DNA from: Tepidimonas sp. UBA997
GTDB lineage: Bacteria; Pseudomonadota; Gammaproteobacteria; Burkholderiales; Burkholderiaceae_C
Direction: 5' to 3'
Length of the DNA: 64,000 nt
NCBI GenBank assembly: GCA_002291945.1
Contig: DBAZ01000026.1
Location: 31,444 to 95,443 of the forward strand
The notes under the pieces are model-generated. The model did no database searches and was not told where the DNA came from. It worked only from the letters and a program-made list of their open reading frames with translations. Position numbers and translations under genes: made by a program. The first letter of the stretch is position 1; every line of letters begins with the position of its first letter. Positions 1-9,029 of the stretch are shown here, piece after piece.

Positions 1-1278
1 CAGCTCCGCCTATTCTTGCCCTGCGCCGCGGGCGTCGAAACCTTTCTGGCCGACGAGGTGATCCGCATCACCGGCTGCCCACCGAGCGACGTGCAAGCCC
101 ACCGGGCCGGCGTTGCGCTACCGGGCAGTTGGCGCACCATGATGGCCTTGAACCTGCACAGCCGACTGGCACAGCGCGTGCTGGTGCGGCTGGCCCACGA
201 ACCCTACCGCGATGAGCACGACCTCTACCGCGTGGCCCAGCAAGTGGCTTGGGAGATCTGGTTCACCCCCCGCCAGACCCTCAAGGTGGAAGTCACGGCC
301 CAGCACAGCCCCCTGAAAAGCCTGAACTTTGCCGCGCTGCGGGTCAAAGATGCCGTGTGCGACCGGCTGCGCGAGAAAAAAGGCGAGCGCCCCAGCATCG
401 ATACCGCCCACCCCGACGTGCGGGTGTTCGTCCACCTCACGACCGACGCCGCCTCGCTGTACATCGACACCTCGGGCGAGCCGCTGTTCAAGCGCGGCTG
501 GCGCGAAGACAAGGGCGACGCCCCGCTCAAGGAAACGCTGGCAGCGGCCATGCTGGCCGCCAGCGGCTGGAGCGGCTGGACAGCCGAAGGACAGCCCGTA
601 CCCTTCTACGACCCGTGCTGTGGCAGCGGCACCCTGCCGATCGAAGCCGCGCAGCAGGCGCTGCACATCGCCCCCGGCCAGCAGCGCCGCTTCGGCTTCG
701 AAAAACTGCTGCCCTACCAGGCACACGTCTGGCAGGCACTCAAGCAGGAAGCGGCGGCAGCCGTGCGGGCTTGGCCTGCCGGTCAACCCTTCATCCATGG
801 CAGCGACGTGGCCTTTCGCATGGTGGATTTCGCCCGGCGCAACGCCGAGCGTGCCGGGGTGGCGCATGCGATCGAATGGCGCGGCGGTGACGCCTTGCAG
901 CGCCTGCCGCCGTCCGCGCCCGGCGTGCTGATGCTGAATCCGCCTTATGGCGAGCGCATGGCGGCGGCGGGTTCGGCCGGGCAATCGGCGCGCCAGCGTG
1001 CCACGCGGGTCGCCGGTCGCGAAACCGCCATCGACCATGACGGGCAGGAAAACACCACCTTCTTCAACGAACTGGCCAGCCACTGGAAAAAACACTACGG
1101 CGGCTGGACAGCCTGGATGCTGACGCCCGACCTGAAGCTGCCCGGCAAGATGCGTTTCAAGGAAACGCGCCGGGTGCCGCTCTGGAACGGGCCGATCGAA
1201 TGCCGCATGTTCCGCTTCGACATCCTGCCGCCCAAACCCGCCACGCCATGCCCGACGACCGCCCCCAGCGGGTCGTGA
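1..1278 (+). CDS. THUMP-domain class I SAM-dependent RNA methyltransferase (RlmL-like); 5' end probably just outside window
   Basis: ORF 16..1278 stays open back to base 1. The N-terminus LFLPCAAGVETFLADEV resembles the extreme N-terminus of THUMP methyltransferases. DPCCGSGTLPIEAA (SAM-binding) and NPPYGER motifs are present. Confidence 0.85.
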   Translation, partial: QLRLFLPCAAGVETFLADEVIRITGCPPSDVQAHRAGVALPGSWRTMMALNLHSRLAQRVLVRLAHEPYRDEHDLYRVAQQVAWEIWFTPRQTLKVEVTAQHSPLKSLNFAALRVKDAVCDRLREKKGERPSIDTAHPDVRVFVHLTTDAASLYIDTSGEPLFKRGWREDKGDAPLKETLAAAMLAASGWSGWTAEGQPVPFYDPCCGSGTLPIEAAQQALHIAPGQQRRFGFEKLLPYQAHVWQALKQEAAAAVRAWPAGQPFIHGSDVAFRMVDFARRNAERAGVAHAIEWRGGDALQRLPPSAPGVLMLNPPYGERMAAAGSAGQSARQRATRVAGRETAIDHDGQENTTFFNELASHWKKHYGGWTAWMLTPDLKLPGKMRFKETRRVPLWNGPIECRMFRFDILPPKPATPCPTTAPSGS

Positions 1279-1688
1279 TCGACACCAACTGCGTGCTCGA
1301 CCTCTGGGTGTTTGACGACCCCGCGATCTCCGATTTGAAGGGGTGGATCACCAGTGGTCAGCTGCAGTGGGTTGCCACCGCCGCGATGCGCGACGAGTGG
1401 GTACGGGTATTGGAGTATCCAGCGATTCAGCGGGCTCGAGTCGATCGGGGCCTGGCCGCCGCCGAGGTGTTGCAAACCGCCAACCACTGGGTGACATGGC
1501 GACCGGCAGCCCCCCACTGCCCAGTGCGTTGTCGGGACCCGGATGACCAGATGTTCATCAACCTGGCGGCGGCTGAACAAGCCATGCTCGTCAGCAAAGA
1601 CCGGCATGTACTGGCCTTGAAGGCCGTCCTGAGTGCCCACGGAGTCCCGGTGCTCAAGCCGGGGCAAATAAAAAATTTGATAGCTTAA
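1248..1688 (+). CDS. PIN-domain protein (putative TA-system toxin family, TIGR00305-like)
   Basis: Internal ATG (M17 of ORF 1200..1688). VVIDTNCVLD N-terminal acidic motif and DPDDQMFINLA...VSKDRHVL C-terminal PIN motifs. Overlaps the upstream gene's end by 31 nt. Confidence 0.7.
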   Translation: MPDDRPQRVVIDTNCVLDLWVFDDPAISDLKGWITSGQLQWVATAAMRDEWVRVLEYPAIQRARVDRGLAAAEVLQTANHWVTWRPAAPHCPVRCRDPDDQMFINLAAAEQAMLVSKDRHVLALKAVLSAHGVPVLKPGQIKNLIA

Positions 1689-1706
1689 AAATCTTCAAAC
1701 CTGCAC

Positions 1707-1736
1707 TTGCGTTTTGTTGTTTATCTGTTTTATACT
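1707..1736 (+). promoter_or_regulatory. sigma70-like promoter TTGCGT-N18-TATACT
   Basis: Hexamers read directly from the sequence in the AT-rich gap after the PIN gene stop. No CDS follows before the terminator at 1818-1845. Confidence 0.35.
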
Positions 1737-1742
1737 ACCGGT

Positions 1743-1845
1743 GGGCCGTTTACCAACGGCTCCCCGCTTTTCCTCCCTGAGCGGGTGCCTTTGTGTGTGA
1801 CAGCAAAAAGGCTTCCAACCCGGCTCTCTGAGCCGGGTTTTTTTG
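1743..1845 (+). ncRNA. candidate ~100-nt small RNA (three stem-loops, intrinsic terminator)
   Basis: Hairpin 1: 1745-1750/1755-1760 (gccgtt/aacggc). Hairpin 2: 1763-1768/1780-1785 (cccgct/agcggg), with an 11-nt loop uuuccucccug. Hairpin 3 is the terminator. No ORF. Family not recognised. Confidence 0.35.
1818..1845. terminator. Rho-independent terminator (plus strand clear; possibly bidirectional for flhC)
   Basis: acccggct-ctctg-agccgggt: 8-bp GC-rich stem, 5-nt loop, then T7 on the plus strand. On the minus strand the same hairpin lies 45 nt after the flhC stop, with a delayed T5 run. Confidence 0.7.
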
Positions 1846-1889
1846 CTTTCTGATTTCATTATTTCGGGGCAGCCATGCAGCCGCCCGAT

Positions 1890-2429
1890 TCACTCCAGGC
1901 GCAGGCCGCCGTCGGCCTTACCCTTGCCGGCGCGGGCAGGCGGCTTGCACAGGCCACACACATAGTGGCGGGGGTGTTCGTACGGGTCGGTCACGAAATG
2001 GCCGCCGCAGCAGGTGCATTTGGTGCGCAGCAGCATCCCGGCATCGATGAACTTGCTAAGCCGCCAGGCGCGGGTAAAGGTCAGCAGCGGCTCGATGCCG
2101 CAGGTGGCCATCTGCTCTTGGTAGAGCTTGTAAGCCTTCATCACCACGTCGATCGAATCCAGCGCCACCGTCTTGTTCAGGTATTCGGCAATATTGGCGT
2201 AGAGGGACGAATGGATGTTCGGCTGCCAACTGAGGAACCAGTCGGTGGAAAACGGCAACTGGCCTTTGCTAGGCGACTTGCCGGCCACTTCCCTGTACAG
2301 CTTGAGCAACTTTTCGTACGACAGGCTGGTCTCGCTTTCGAGCACCTGCAGGCGGGCACCGAGTTGGATCAGCGCGACGGCCCGTTCGATATCCTTGCTT
2401 TCGTTGACGATGCTCTTGACGGCGGCCAT
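1890..2429 (-). CDS. flhC: flagellar transcriptional activator FlhC
   Basis: 179 aa. SIVNESKDIERAVALIQLGARLQ..FSTDWF.. and a C-terminal Zn-Cys cluster CTCCGG..CGLC, typical of FlhC. Directly downstream of flhD. Confidence 0.93.
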   Translation of the reverse strand: MAAVKSIVNESKDIERAVALIQLGARLQVLESETSLSYEKLLKLYREVAGKSPSKGQLPFSTDWFLSWQPNIHSSLYANIAEYLNKTVALDSIDVVMKAYKLYQEQMATCGIEPLLTFTRAWRLSKFIDAGMLLRTKCTCCGGHFVTDPYEHPRHYVCGLCKPPARAGKGKADGGLRLE

Positions 2430-2462
2430 GGTGTGCGCTCCTGTGGTCGGGCTTAGACGGGG

Positions 2463-2801
2463 TCAGGCGCTGGCATCGGCCAAGCGGCTGGACATCAGGA
2501 TGTTGGCGTGCAGGCGCTGCGTGGTGTCGTTGCCCACGCGGTTGGGGGTGTGGCTGCTGGTCAACAGGCCCCAGACCATGTCTTCGTCGGCGCGGAAGCG
2601 GCACAGCAGGGTGTTGGTGGTGGAGAGCTTGAACACCTGAGCGGGCGACAGGGCCTCGATCAGTTCGGCCGATTCCTCGCTGATGCCGAGGCGGTACACG
2701 GCGGCGGCCTTGTCGGCGCGAATCAACTGCTGCGCCAGCATGAGGTAGGTCATGTTGGCTTCGCGGATCTGGTCGATCAGTGCGTTGGTGGACTCGCTCA
2801 T
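2463..2801 (-). CDS. flhD: flagellar transcriptional activator FlhD
   Basis: Start at MSESTNALIDQIREANMTYLMLAQQLI (internal ATG, GGAGGG SD 6 nt upstream). FlhD-like sequence; flhDC gene order. Confidence 0.93.
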   Translation of the reverse strand: MSESTNALIDQIREANMTYLMLAQQLIRADKAAAVYRLGISEESAELIEALSPAQVFKLSTTNTLLCRFRADEDMVWGLLTSSHTPNRVGNDTTQRLHANILMSSRLADASA

Positions 2802-3032
2802 TTCACCCTCCAGTGTCTTGTTCAACGCCGCCGCTTGGGGGAAAAGTAGCACGGCTGAAAAACGTTGATTCGTTGAAATGGATTGTGAAATCAGCCCTAC
2901 AAACCTTGAATCGGAAAACGGCTGTTCGGCGTGTCAGACGTTGCTGCCGGCGCTGTCAGGCACATTCCTACATGGCGCTTGGGACTTGAATGCGCCAAGG
3001 CCTCCAACCGGTTGTTCGGGGGTATCCGCAAA

Positions 3033-3659
3033 TCATCCAGCACATGGGCTCAATGCAGCCGCCAAATCGTCCTGACCTTGCGCCACTAGCGCTGCGGCCG
3101 CGCCCGCCCTGTCACGGGCTTCCTTGTTCTGGCTGAGCTTGGCCTTGCCTTCCAGCCGGGTCACGGCGATCTCGATGCCCACGATGGCCTGGAGCATGGC
3201 GTCGAGGTAGTCGGGTGGGGCATCGCCCATTTTCCAGGGCTGGGGCTGCGAAGCTTCATGGGTGCGCGTCAGGTGCGCCACGACCCCGCGCACAAACCGT
3301 TCGTCATCACGCACCGTGAGCCGCCCGTGCGCGTGAACCACCTCGTAGTTCCAGGTGGGCACTTGCCGATGAGTATCGTGTTTGCTGGGGTACCAGTTGG
3401 GCGAAATGTAGCCTTCGACCCCACGGAACACCACCAGCACCTCGGCACCGTCGCAGCACTGCTGCCACAGCGGGTTGGCGCGGGCCACGTGGCCGGTCAG
3501 GGTGCCCAGGGGTCCCTGGGCTGGGTTGTATTCGAACGGGAGGTGATTGGCATCGAGCCCGTCAGGGCCTTGGGTGATCAGGACCCCCAAGGGGTGCTCG
3601 CGCAGGATTCGATGCAGGGCGTGCGTTGCGGTCAGTTGAAAATGGGGCGGGTTGTACAT
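3033..3659 (-). CDS. paiB: FMN-binding negative transcriptional regulator (PaiB family)
   Basis: 208 aa from the ATG at 3659 (TGATG overlap with the upstream stop). PaiB-type HLPF...GHVARANP...YISPNWYPSK...VPTWNY motifs. Confidence 0.85.
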   Translation of the reverse strand: MYNPPHFQLTATHALHRILREHPLGVLITQGPDGLDANHLPFEYNPAQGPLGTLTGHVARANPLWQQCCDGAEVLVVFRGVEGYISPNWYPSKHDTHRQVPTWNYEVVHAHGRLTVRDDERFVRGVVAHLTRTHEASQPQPWKMGDAPPDYLDAMLQAIVGIEIAVTRLEGKAKLSQNKEARDRAGAAAALVAQGQDDLAAALSPCAG

Positions 3660-4222
3660 CAAGCCTCTCCGCGCTGCATGCGCTCGCTTTTCCAGTACAC
3701 GTCGCCTGTGCCATGCGTGCGGTTGAGCACACGGGCGAGCACGAACATCAGGTCGCTCAAGCGATTGAGGTACTGGCGCGGGGTGTCGTTGAGGGCCTCT
3801 TCCTGCCCCAGCGCCACCACCTGCCGTTCGGCCCGGCGCGTCACGGTGCGGCAGATGTGAGCTTGCGCAGCCGCGCGGGTGCCGGCCGGCAGAATGAATT
3901 CCTGCAAGCGCGGCAACTCGGCGTTGTAGCGCTCCAGCGCTTGGTCCAGCGCCAGCACGGCGTCGGCCTTGAGTAGCTCGAAGCCGGGTACGCTGAGTTC
4001 ACCGCCCAGGTTGAACAACTGGTGCTGGATTTCGACCAGCAGCGTGCGCACATCGGCTGGCAGTTCCTCGCACAGCAACAGGCCAAGGTGAGCGTTGAGT
4101 TCGTCCACATCGCCCATGGCGTGGACGCGCAGGCTGTTCTTGCTCACGCGCTGGTTGTTGCCCAAGCCGGTGGTGCCAGCGTCGCCGGTGCGGGTGGCAA
4201 TGTGTGTCAGGCGATTACCCAT
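3659..4222 (-). CDS. PduO-type ATP:cob(I)alamin adenosyltransferase
   Basis: Start at MGNRLTHIATRTGDAGTTGL (M73 of ORF 3659..4438). Conserved TRTGDxGxT N-terminus and ...ILPGG/AG.. RTV.RRAER core. Confidence 0.85.
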   Translation of the reverse strand: MGNRLTHIATRTGDAGTTGLGNNQRVSKNSLRVHAMGDVDELNAHLGLLLCEELPADVRTLLVEIQHQLFNLGGELSVPGFELLKADAVLALDQALERYNAELPRLQEFILPAGTRAAAQAHICRTVTRRAERQVVALGQEEALNDTPRQYLNRLSDLMFVLARVLNRTHGTGDVYWKSERMQRGEA

Positions 4223-4331
4223 AGCATTATTTCGAGAGTAGCGGTTTTCAGGCCATAATGCCCGATTATGCTGATCTTGTGTAGCCCGCGCCACAAGCAT
4301 GGGCAACAGGGCAGCATAACCAGAATCAACC

Positions 4332-5750
4332 ATGAGACATCCTGTGCACACCCACCTGCAGCCCGAGGTGAATCTGCGCCCCGTCCCCGATGCCTTTTTG
4401 CAGGCACTCGAGGCCCGCTTTGGCTCCCACTGCTCCACCGCGCTGGTGGTGCGCGAGCAGCATGGCCGCGACGAATCGCCCTACACCAACGTGCCGCCAC
4501 CCGCGGCGGTGGTGTTTGCCGCAACCACCCCCGACGTGGCCGACGCCGTGCGCCTGTGCGCCGAGCACCGCGTGCCGCTGATTCCCTATGGCGTGGGCTC
4601 CTCGCTGGAAGGCCATCTGCTGGCCATACAGGGCGGCATCAGCATCGACGTGAGCCGCATGAACCGGGTGCTGAGCATCAACGCCGAAGACCTGACGGTC
4701 ACGGTGCAACCCGGCGTGACGCGCAAGCAACTCAACGAGGCGGTGCGAGACCGGGGGTTGTTTTTCCCGATCGACCCCGGTGCCGATGCGTCGATCGGCG
4801 GCATGGCGGCCACCCGCGCCAGCGGAACGAACGCGGTTCGCTATGGCACCATGCGCGAGAACGTGCTGGCGCTGGAAGTGGTGACGGCCCAGGGGCGGGT
4901 GATCCGCACCGGCACGCGAGCCAAGAAATCGAGCGCGGGCTACGACCTCACGCGGCTGATGGTGGGCAGCGAAGGCACGCTGGGCGTGTTCACCGAAATC
5001 ACGCTCAAGCTCTACCCCCTGCCCGAGGCAGTTTCGGCCGCCATCTGCTCGTTCCCGAGCATCGAAGCGGCGGTGCGCACCACCATTGCCGTCATCCAGA
5101 TGGGCATACCCATCGCCCGCTGCGAATTGCTGGATGCGGCCAGTGTGCGGGCCGTCAACGTTCACTCCAAACTGACGCTGCGCGAGGAACCGATGCTGCT
5201 GATGGAGTTTCACGGTTCGCCAACCAGCGTGCAGGAACAGGCCGAGTGGGTGCAAGAGATTGCCCAGGAACACGGGGGGCAGGCGTTTGAATGGGCCACC
5301 ACCCCGGAGGAGCGCAGCCGTCTCTGGACTGCGCGCCACAACGCCTACTTTGCCGCCATCCAGAGCAAGCCGGGCTGCAAGGCCGTGACCACCGACACCT
5401 GCGTCCCCATCAGCCGCCTCGCCGATGGCCTGCTCGACGCCGTGGCCGAGGCCGATGCCGCCGGGCTGCCCTATTTCCTGGTCGGCCATGTGGGTGACGG
5501 CAACTTCCACATCGGCTACCTGATCGACCCGAACCAGCCCGAGGAGCGCGAAACCGCCGAACGCCTGAACCACCAACTCGTCAGCCGCGCCCTGGCACTG
5601 GGCGGCACCTGCACCGGCGAGCACGGGGTGGGGCTGCACAAAATGGGGTTTTTGCTGGCCGAAGCGGGGGCAGACACCATCGACATGATGCGCGCCATCA
5701 AGCAGGCGCTGGACCCGGATCACATCCTCAACCCGGGCAAGATTTTCTGA
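4332..5750 (+). CDS. FAD-linked oxidase (D-lactate dehydrogenase / GlcD-like)
   Basis: 472 aa. FAD-binding PCMH-type N-terminal domain (PYGVGSSLEGH, AGYDLTRLMVGSEGTLGV) and a C-terminal FAD-oxidase domain ending in GEHGVGLHK. Confidence 0.85.
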   Translation: MRHPVHTHLQPEVNLRPVPDAFLQALEARFGSHCSTALVVREQHGRDESPYTNVPPPAAVVFAATTPDVADAVRLCAEHRVPLIPYGVGSSLEGHLLAIQGGISIDVSRMNRVLSINAEDLTVTVQPGVTRKQLNEAVRDRGLFFPIDPGADASIGGMAATRASGTNAVRYGTMRENVLALEVVTAQGRVIRTGTRAKKSSAGYDLTRLMVGSEGTLGVFTEITLKLYPLPEAVSAAICSFPSIEAAVRTTIAVIQMGIPIARCELLDAASVRAVNVHSKLTLREEPMLLMEFHGSPTSVQEQAEWVQEIAQEHGGQAFEWATTPEERSRLWTARHNAYFAAIQSKPGCKAVTTDTCVPISRLADGLLDAVAEADAAGLPYFLVGHVGDGNFHIGYLIDPNQPEERETAERLNHQLVSRALALGGTCTGEHGVGLHKMGFLLAEAGADTIDMMRAIKQALDPDHILNPGKIF

Positions 5751-5756
5751 ATCACC

Positions 5757-8700
5757 ATGGCGGCGAACACTCCCAACTCCCCGCATTGGCTCAGCGGCTC
5801 GTCGTTGGCGCTGACCATCGCGCTGGTTTATGCCGTTTTCGGTGCGCTGTGGATACTGCTGTCCGACACCTTGCTGGACTGGCTGCTGCAGGATCGCGAG
5901 CTGCTACGGAATCAGGATCTGTTGCTGGCTGCCAACACCGTGAAAAGCTGGGTCTTCGTTGTGGGGAGTACCCTGCTGATCTTTGGGGTGGCGGCACGCT
6001 TGAACCGCCAGGCAAACCAGCCACCGCACACCTCCGTCTGGCGCGGTGGTGCCCCTTGGTTGGCGCTGGGTACCATCTCGCTGTTGATCGTGGCGACCAT
6101 CCTGACCAGCATCGTCTATACGTGGAATCAGCAACACCAGCAGTTGCAGCGCCTCATGCAGGCCAGCGCCCAAGGCATGGGGCAACGGCTGGCCGACTGG
6201 CACCAAGAGCGACTGACCACCGCCCGGCAAATCGAAAAGCGCCCACAAATGGCAAGGCTGTGGCTGCAATACCGGCAACAGCCCGAACCGGCAACCTTGT
6301 CGGCCTTGGTGCAGACGCTCAACATCTACTTGGTCTTCCAGGACGTGAAGGGCGTGAGCCTGCTCGACGCCAACGGGGCCGTGGTGTATTCGACCAGCAA
6401 AGCCGAACCGCTGGGCTTGCCCAGCCCCGACTTGCTGCGCCTGCCGCAGCGCTTACTCGAGCGCGAAGCCGGTTGGCTGGGGCCCGTGCCCGGCCCTGGT
6501 GGCACGTTGCGGCTCGACTATTTCGGCTGGGTTGCGCCGGACTCCGACACGCCGGCGCTGTTGCTGATCCACGTCGATGCCGGGAGCATCCTGCTCGATG
6601 TGCTGGACGACTGGCCCGCCCTCGAAGCAACCGGCCGAGCCCGGCTGCGACCGGGGCCTGCGCCTGCGCCACCTTGGCTGCAAGTCCCGGCGTCCGATGC
6701 CGGTGGTGCGCACGCAACGCACAAGCATGTGCTGGCCGTGACCTACCCGATCACCGGAACCGATTGGTTGTTGGAGCTCGAGGTTGACACCCGCCCCATC
6801 TGGGCCCAGGTGCTGCGCCAGGGTGGCCTGTTCACCCTGGCTGGGCTGCTGGGCATTTTCAGCGCCTTTGTGGTGGCCTACCTGCTGCTGCAACGGCGGG
6901 TTTTGGCCGAGCGCGAAGTGACCTTGGCGGGCTTGCATGACTCGCAGGCGCAGCTCAGTGCCAGTGAATCGCGTTACCGTGCGCTGGCCGAAAACGCTGC
7001 CGACGTGGTCTGGCTGATGGAGTTGCCAAGCCAGCGGTTTGTCTTTGTCAGCCCTTCGGTGGAGCGCATGCTGGGCTACACGCCGCAGGCATTGATGGAG
7101 CTGCCCAGAGAGGCCTTGCTCACCCCCGACTCGCTACGCGCATGCCAAACCTTGCTGGCGACGAACATCGCGCGTTGTCTGGCGGGCGATGCTTCAGCCG
7201 AGCAGGCGGTGATCGAGCTGGAGCATGTTCATCGCGAAGGCCATACCGTCTGGGGCGAGATTTCTGCCCAGTTGATCGTCGATGCATCCGGCCAACCGAT
7301 TCAGATTCAAGGGGTGACGCGCGATCTGACCGAGCGTCACCGCACGGAGCACCAGATCCGGATGCTGTCGCAGGCCACCGAGCAAAGTCCGGCGTCGGTC
7401 ATCATCACCAATGCGCGGGGCCTGATCGAGTATGTCAACCCGGCCTTTGAGCGCATGAGTGGCTACGACCGCCGTGAAGTGCTCGGGCGCAACCCACGCC
7501 TGCTGCAATCCGGACGCACGACGCGGGACACCTACCGCCGCATGTGGGACGCCCTGGCCCAGGGGCAGCCCTGGCACGGGGAACTGGTCAACCGGCGCAA
7601 GAACGGGGAGTTTTATTTGCAGTCGGTCACGATTGCCCCCTTGCGCAACGAACGCCAGGACGTGGTGCAGTACGTCTCGGTGCAGATGGACATCACCGCG
7701 CAGCGTGCGGCTGAAGATCGGCTGGAATTGCTGGCCTGGTTCGACCCCCTGACCGGCCTGCCCAACCGGCGGCGGCTGGTGGAAGACATCACCCAGGCCC
7801 TGGCGGCCGCCACGGCCGGGAATGACCATCTGGGCCTGGTCATCTTGAACGTGGACCGGTTCAAAGCCATCAACGATGCCCTGGGTCGTGCCTCGGGGGA
7901 TCAGGTGCTGCAAGCCGTGGGGGATCGGTTGCGCCCGCTGATCCACGCAGGCGTCATGCTGGCGCATCTGAACAGCGACGAATTCGGCCTGCTGATGCCC
8001 GCGCTCGGCCCCGACGTGAACCTGGCCAACGACCGACTGCTGCAGCGTGCCGAGGCCATCCACCGGCTGCTGGAAGCGCCTTTGCAGATGCCGACCACTA
8101 CCCTGGCGGTCACCCTGAGCATCGGCATCACCTTATTGGGCACCACCCCGAATGACAGCGCTGGGGAAGCCCTGCGCCGCGCCGACACCGCCCTTCACCG
8201 CGCCAAAGAAGCCGGTGGGCACCAGACCGCCTTCTTCGATGCCGACATGGGGCAGCTCGCCTCGGAACGTTTCGCGATCGAACAGGACTTGCGGCGCGGC
8301 ATCGAGGCCGGTGAACTCAGGCTGTTCCTGCAGCCCCAGGTCAACAATCAGCGTCAACTGGTGGGCGCGGAAGCGCTGGTGCGCTGGCAGCACCCCGACA
8401 AGGGCCTGATCAGCCCGGCCCTGTTCGTCCCGGTGGCCGAAACCTCAGGGCTGATCGGGCCGCTCGGTCTGTGGGTGCTCAAGGAAGTCTGCCGCCTGCT
8501 CGCCGAGTTGCAGCAGGCCGGTCGGCGCTTGCCGATTGCGGTCAACATCAGTCCGCGTCAGTTCCATCAAGTGGATTTTGGCGTCAACCTGTTGCAGTTG
8601 CTGGAAGCAACCGGCGCACCCCCCGGCGATCTGGTGCTGGAAATCACCGAAGGCGTGGTGCTGCGGGAAGTGGACTCGGTGGTGCAGCGCATGCATGAAC

Positions 8701-9029
8701 TCACCCGCCACGGCATCCGTTTCTCGATCGACGACTTCGGTACCGGGTATTCGTCGCTGTCCTACCTCAAGCGCCTGCCTATCCACGAACTGAAGATCGA
8801 CCGCAGCTTTGTCCAGGATGCTCCCTCCAGCCCCAATGATGCAACCTTGGTGGAAGCCATCCTGTCGGTGGCAAAGCACATGCAATTGAACGTGGTGGCC
8901 GAAGGCGTGGAAACCGAGGCACAAGCCGAGTTTCTGACGCAGCGTGCGCAACTGATTCAGCAAGGCTACCTGCACGGGCGGCCCGAGCCTGCCGAAGCGC
9001 TCATCCAGCGCTGGCTGGCGGGTCAGTGA
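5757..9029 (+). CDS. membrane sensor with PAS-PAS-GGDEF(degenerate)-EAL; likely c-di-GMP phosphodiesterase
   Basis: 1090 aa. N-terminal TM segments and two PAS-like blocks. The GGDEF position reads NSDEF (7971-7985). The EAL domain is intact (EALVRW, NISPRQ, EITE, DDFGTGYSSL, KIDRSF). Confidence 0.9.
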   Translation: MAANTPNSPHWLSGSSLALTIALVYAVFGALWILLSDTLLDWLLQDRELLRNQDLLLAANTVKSWVFVVGSTLLIFGVAARLNRQANQPPHTSVWRGGAPWLALGTISLLIVATILTSIVYTWNQQHQQLQRLMQASAQGMGQRLADWHQERLTTARQIEKRPQMARLWLQYRQQPEPATLSALVQTLNIYLVFQDVKGVSLLDANGAVVYSTSKAEPLGLPSPDLLRLPQRLLEREAGWLGPVPGPGGTLRLDYFGWVAPDSDTPALLLIHVDAGSILLDVLDDWPALEATGRARLRPGPAPAPPWLQVPASDAGGAHATHKHVLAVTYPITGTDWLLELEVDTRPIWAQVLRQGGLFTLAGLLGIFSAFVVAYLLLQRRVLAEREVTLAGLHDSQAQLSASESRYRALAENAADVVWLMELPSQRFVFVSPSVERMLGYTPQALMELPREALLTPDSLRACQTLLATNIARCLAGDASAEQAVIELEHVHREGHTVWGEISAQLIVDASGQPIQIQGVTRDLTERHRTEHQIRMLSQATEQSPASVIITNARGLIEYVNPAFERMSGYDRREVLGRNPRLLQSGRTTRDTYRRMWDALAQGQPWHGELVNRRKNGEFYLQSVTIAPLRNERQDVVQYVSVQMDITAQRAAEDRLELLAWFDPLTGLPNRRRLVEDITQALAAATAGNDHLGLVILNVDRFKAINDALGRASGDQVLQAVGDRLRPLIHAGVMLAHLNSDEFGLLMPALGPDVNLANDRLLQRAEAIHRLLEAPLQMPTTTLAVTLSIGITLLGTTPNDSAGEALRRADTALHRAKEAGGHQTAFFDADMGQLASERFAIEQDLRRGIEAGELRLFLQPQVNNQRQLVGAEALVRWQHPDKGLISPALFVPVAETSGLIGPLGLWVLKEVCRLLAELQQAGRRLPIAVNISPRQFHQVDFGVNLLQLLEATGAPPGDLVLEITEGVVLREVDSVVQRMHELTRHGIRFSIDDFGTGYSSLSYLKRLPIHELKIDRSFVQDAPSSPNDATLVEAILSVAKHMQLNVVAEGVETEAQAEFLTQRAQLIQQGYLHGRPEPAEALIQRWLAGQ

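Noticed and set aside
4326-5786. Long ORFs antisense to confidently called genes. Examples: 4326..5786(-), 18068..19528(+), 43184..45154(+), 46965..48344(-), 59957..62266(+), 15017..16084(-), 63217..63963(-).
   Set aside because: These are typical high-GC shadow ORFs. Their translations are Arg/Gly/His/Ala-rich low-complexity sequence with no recognisable motifs. In each case the opposite strand encodes a full-length protein with clear family signatures.
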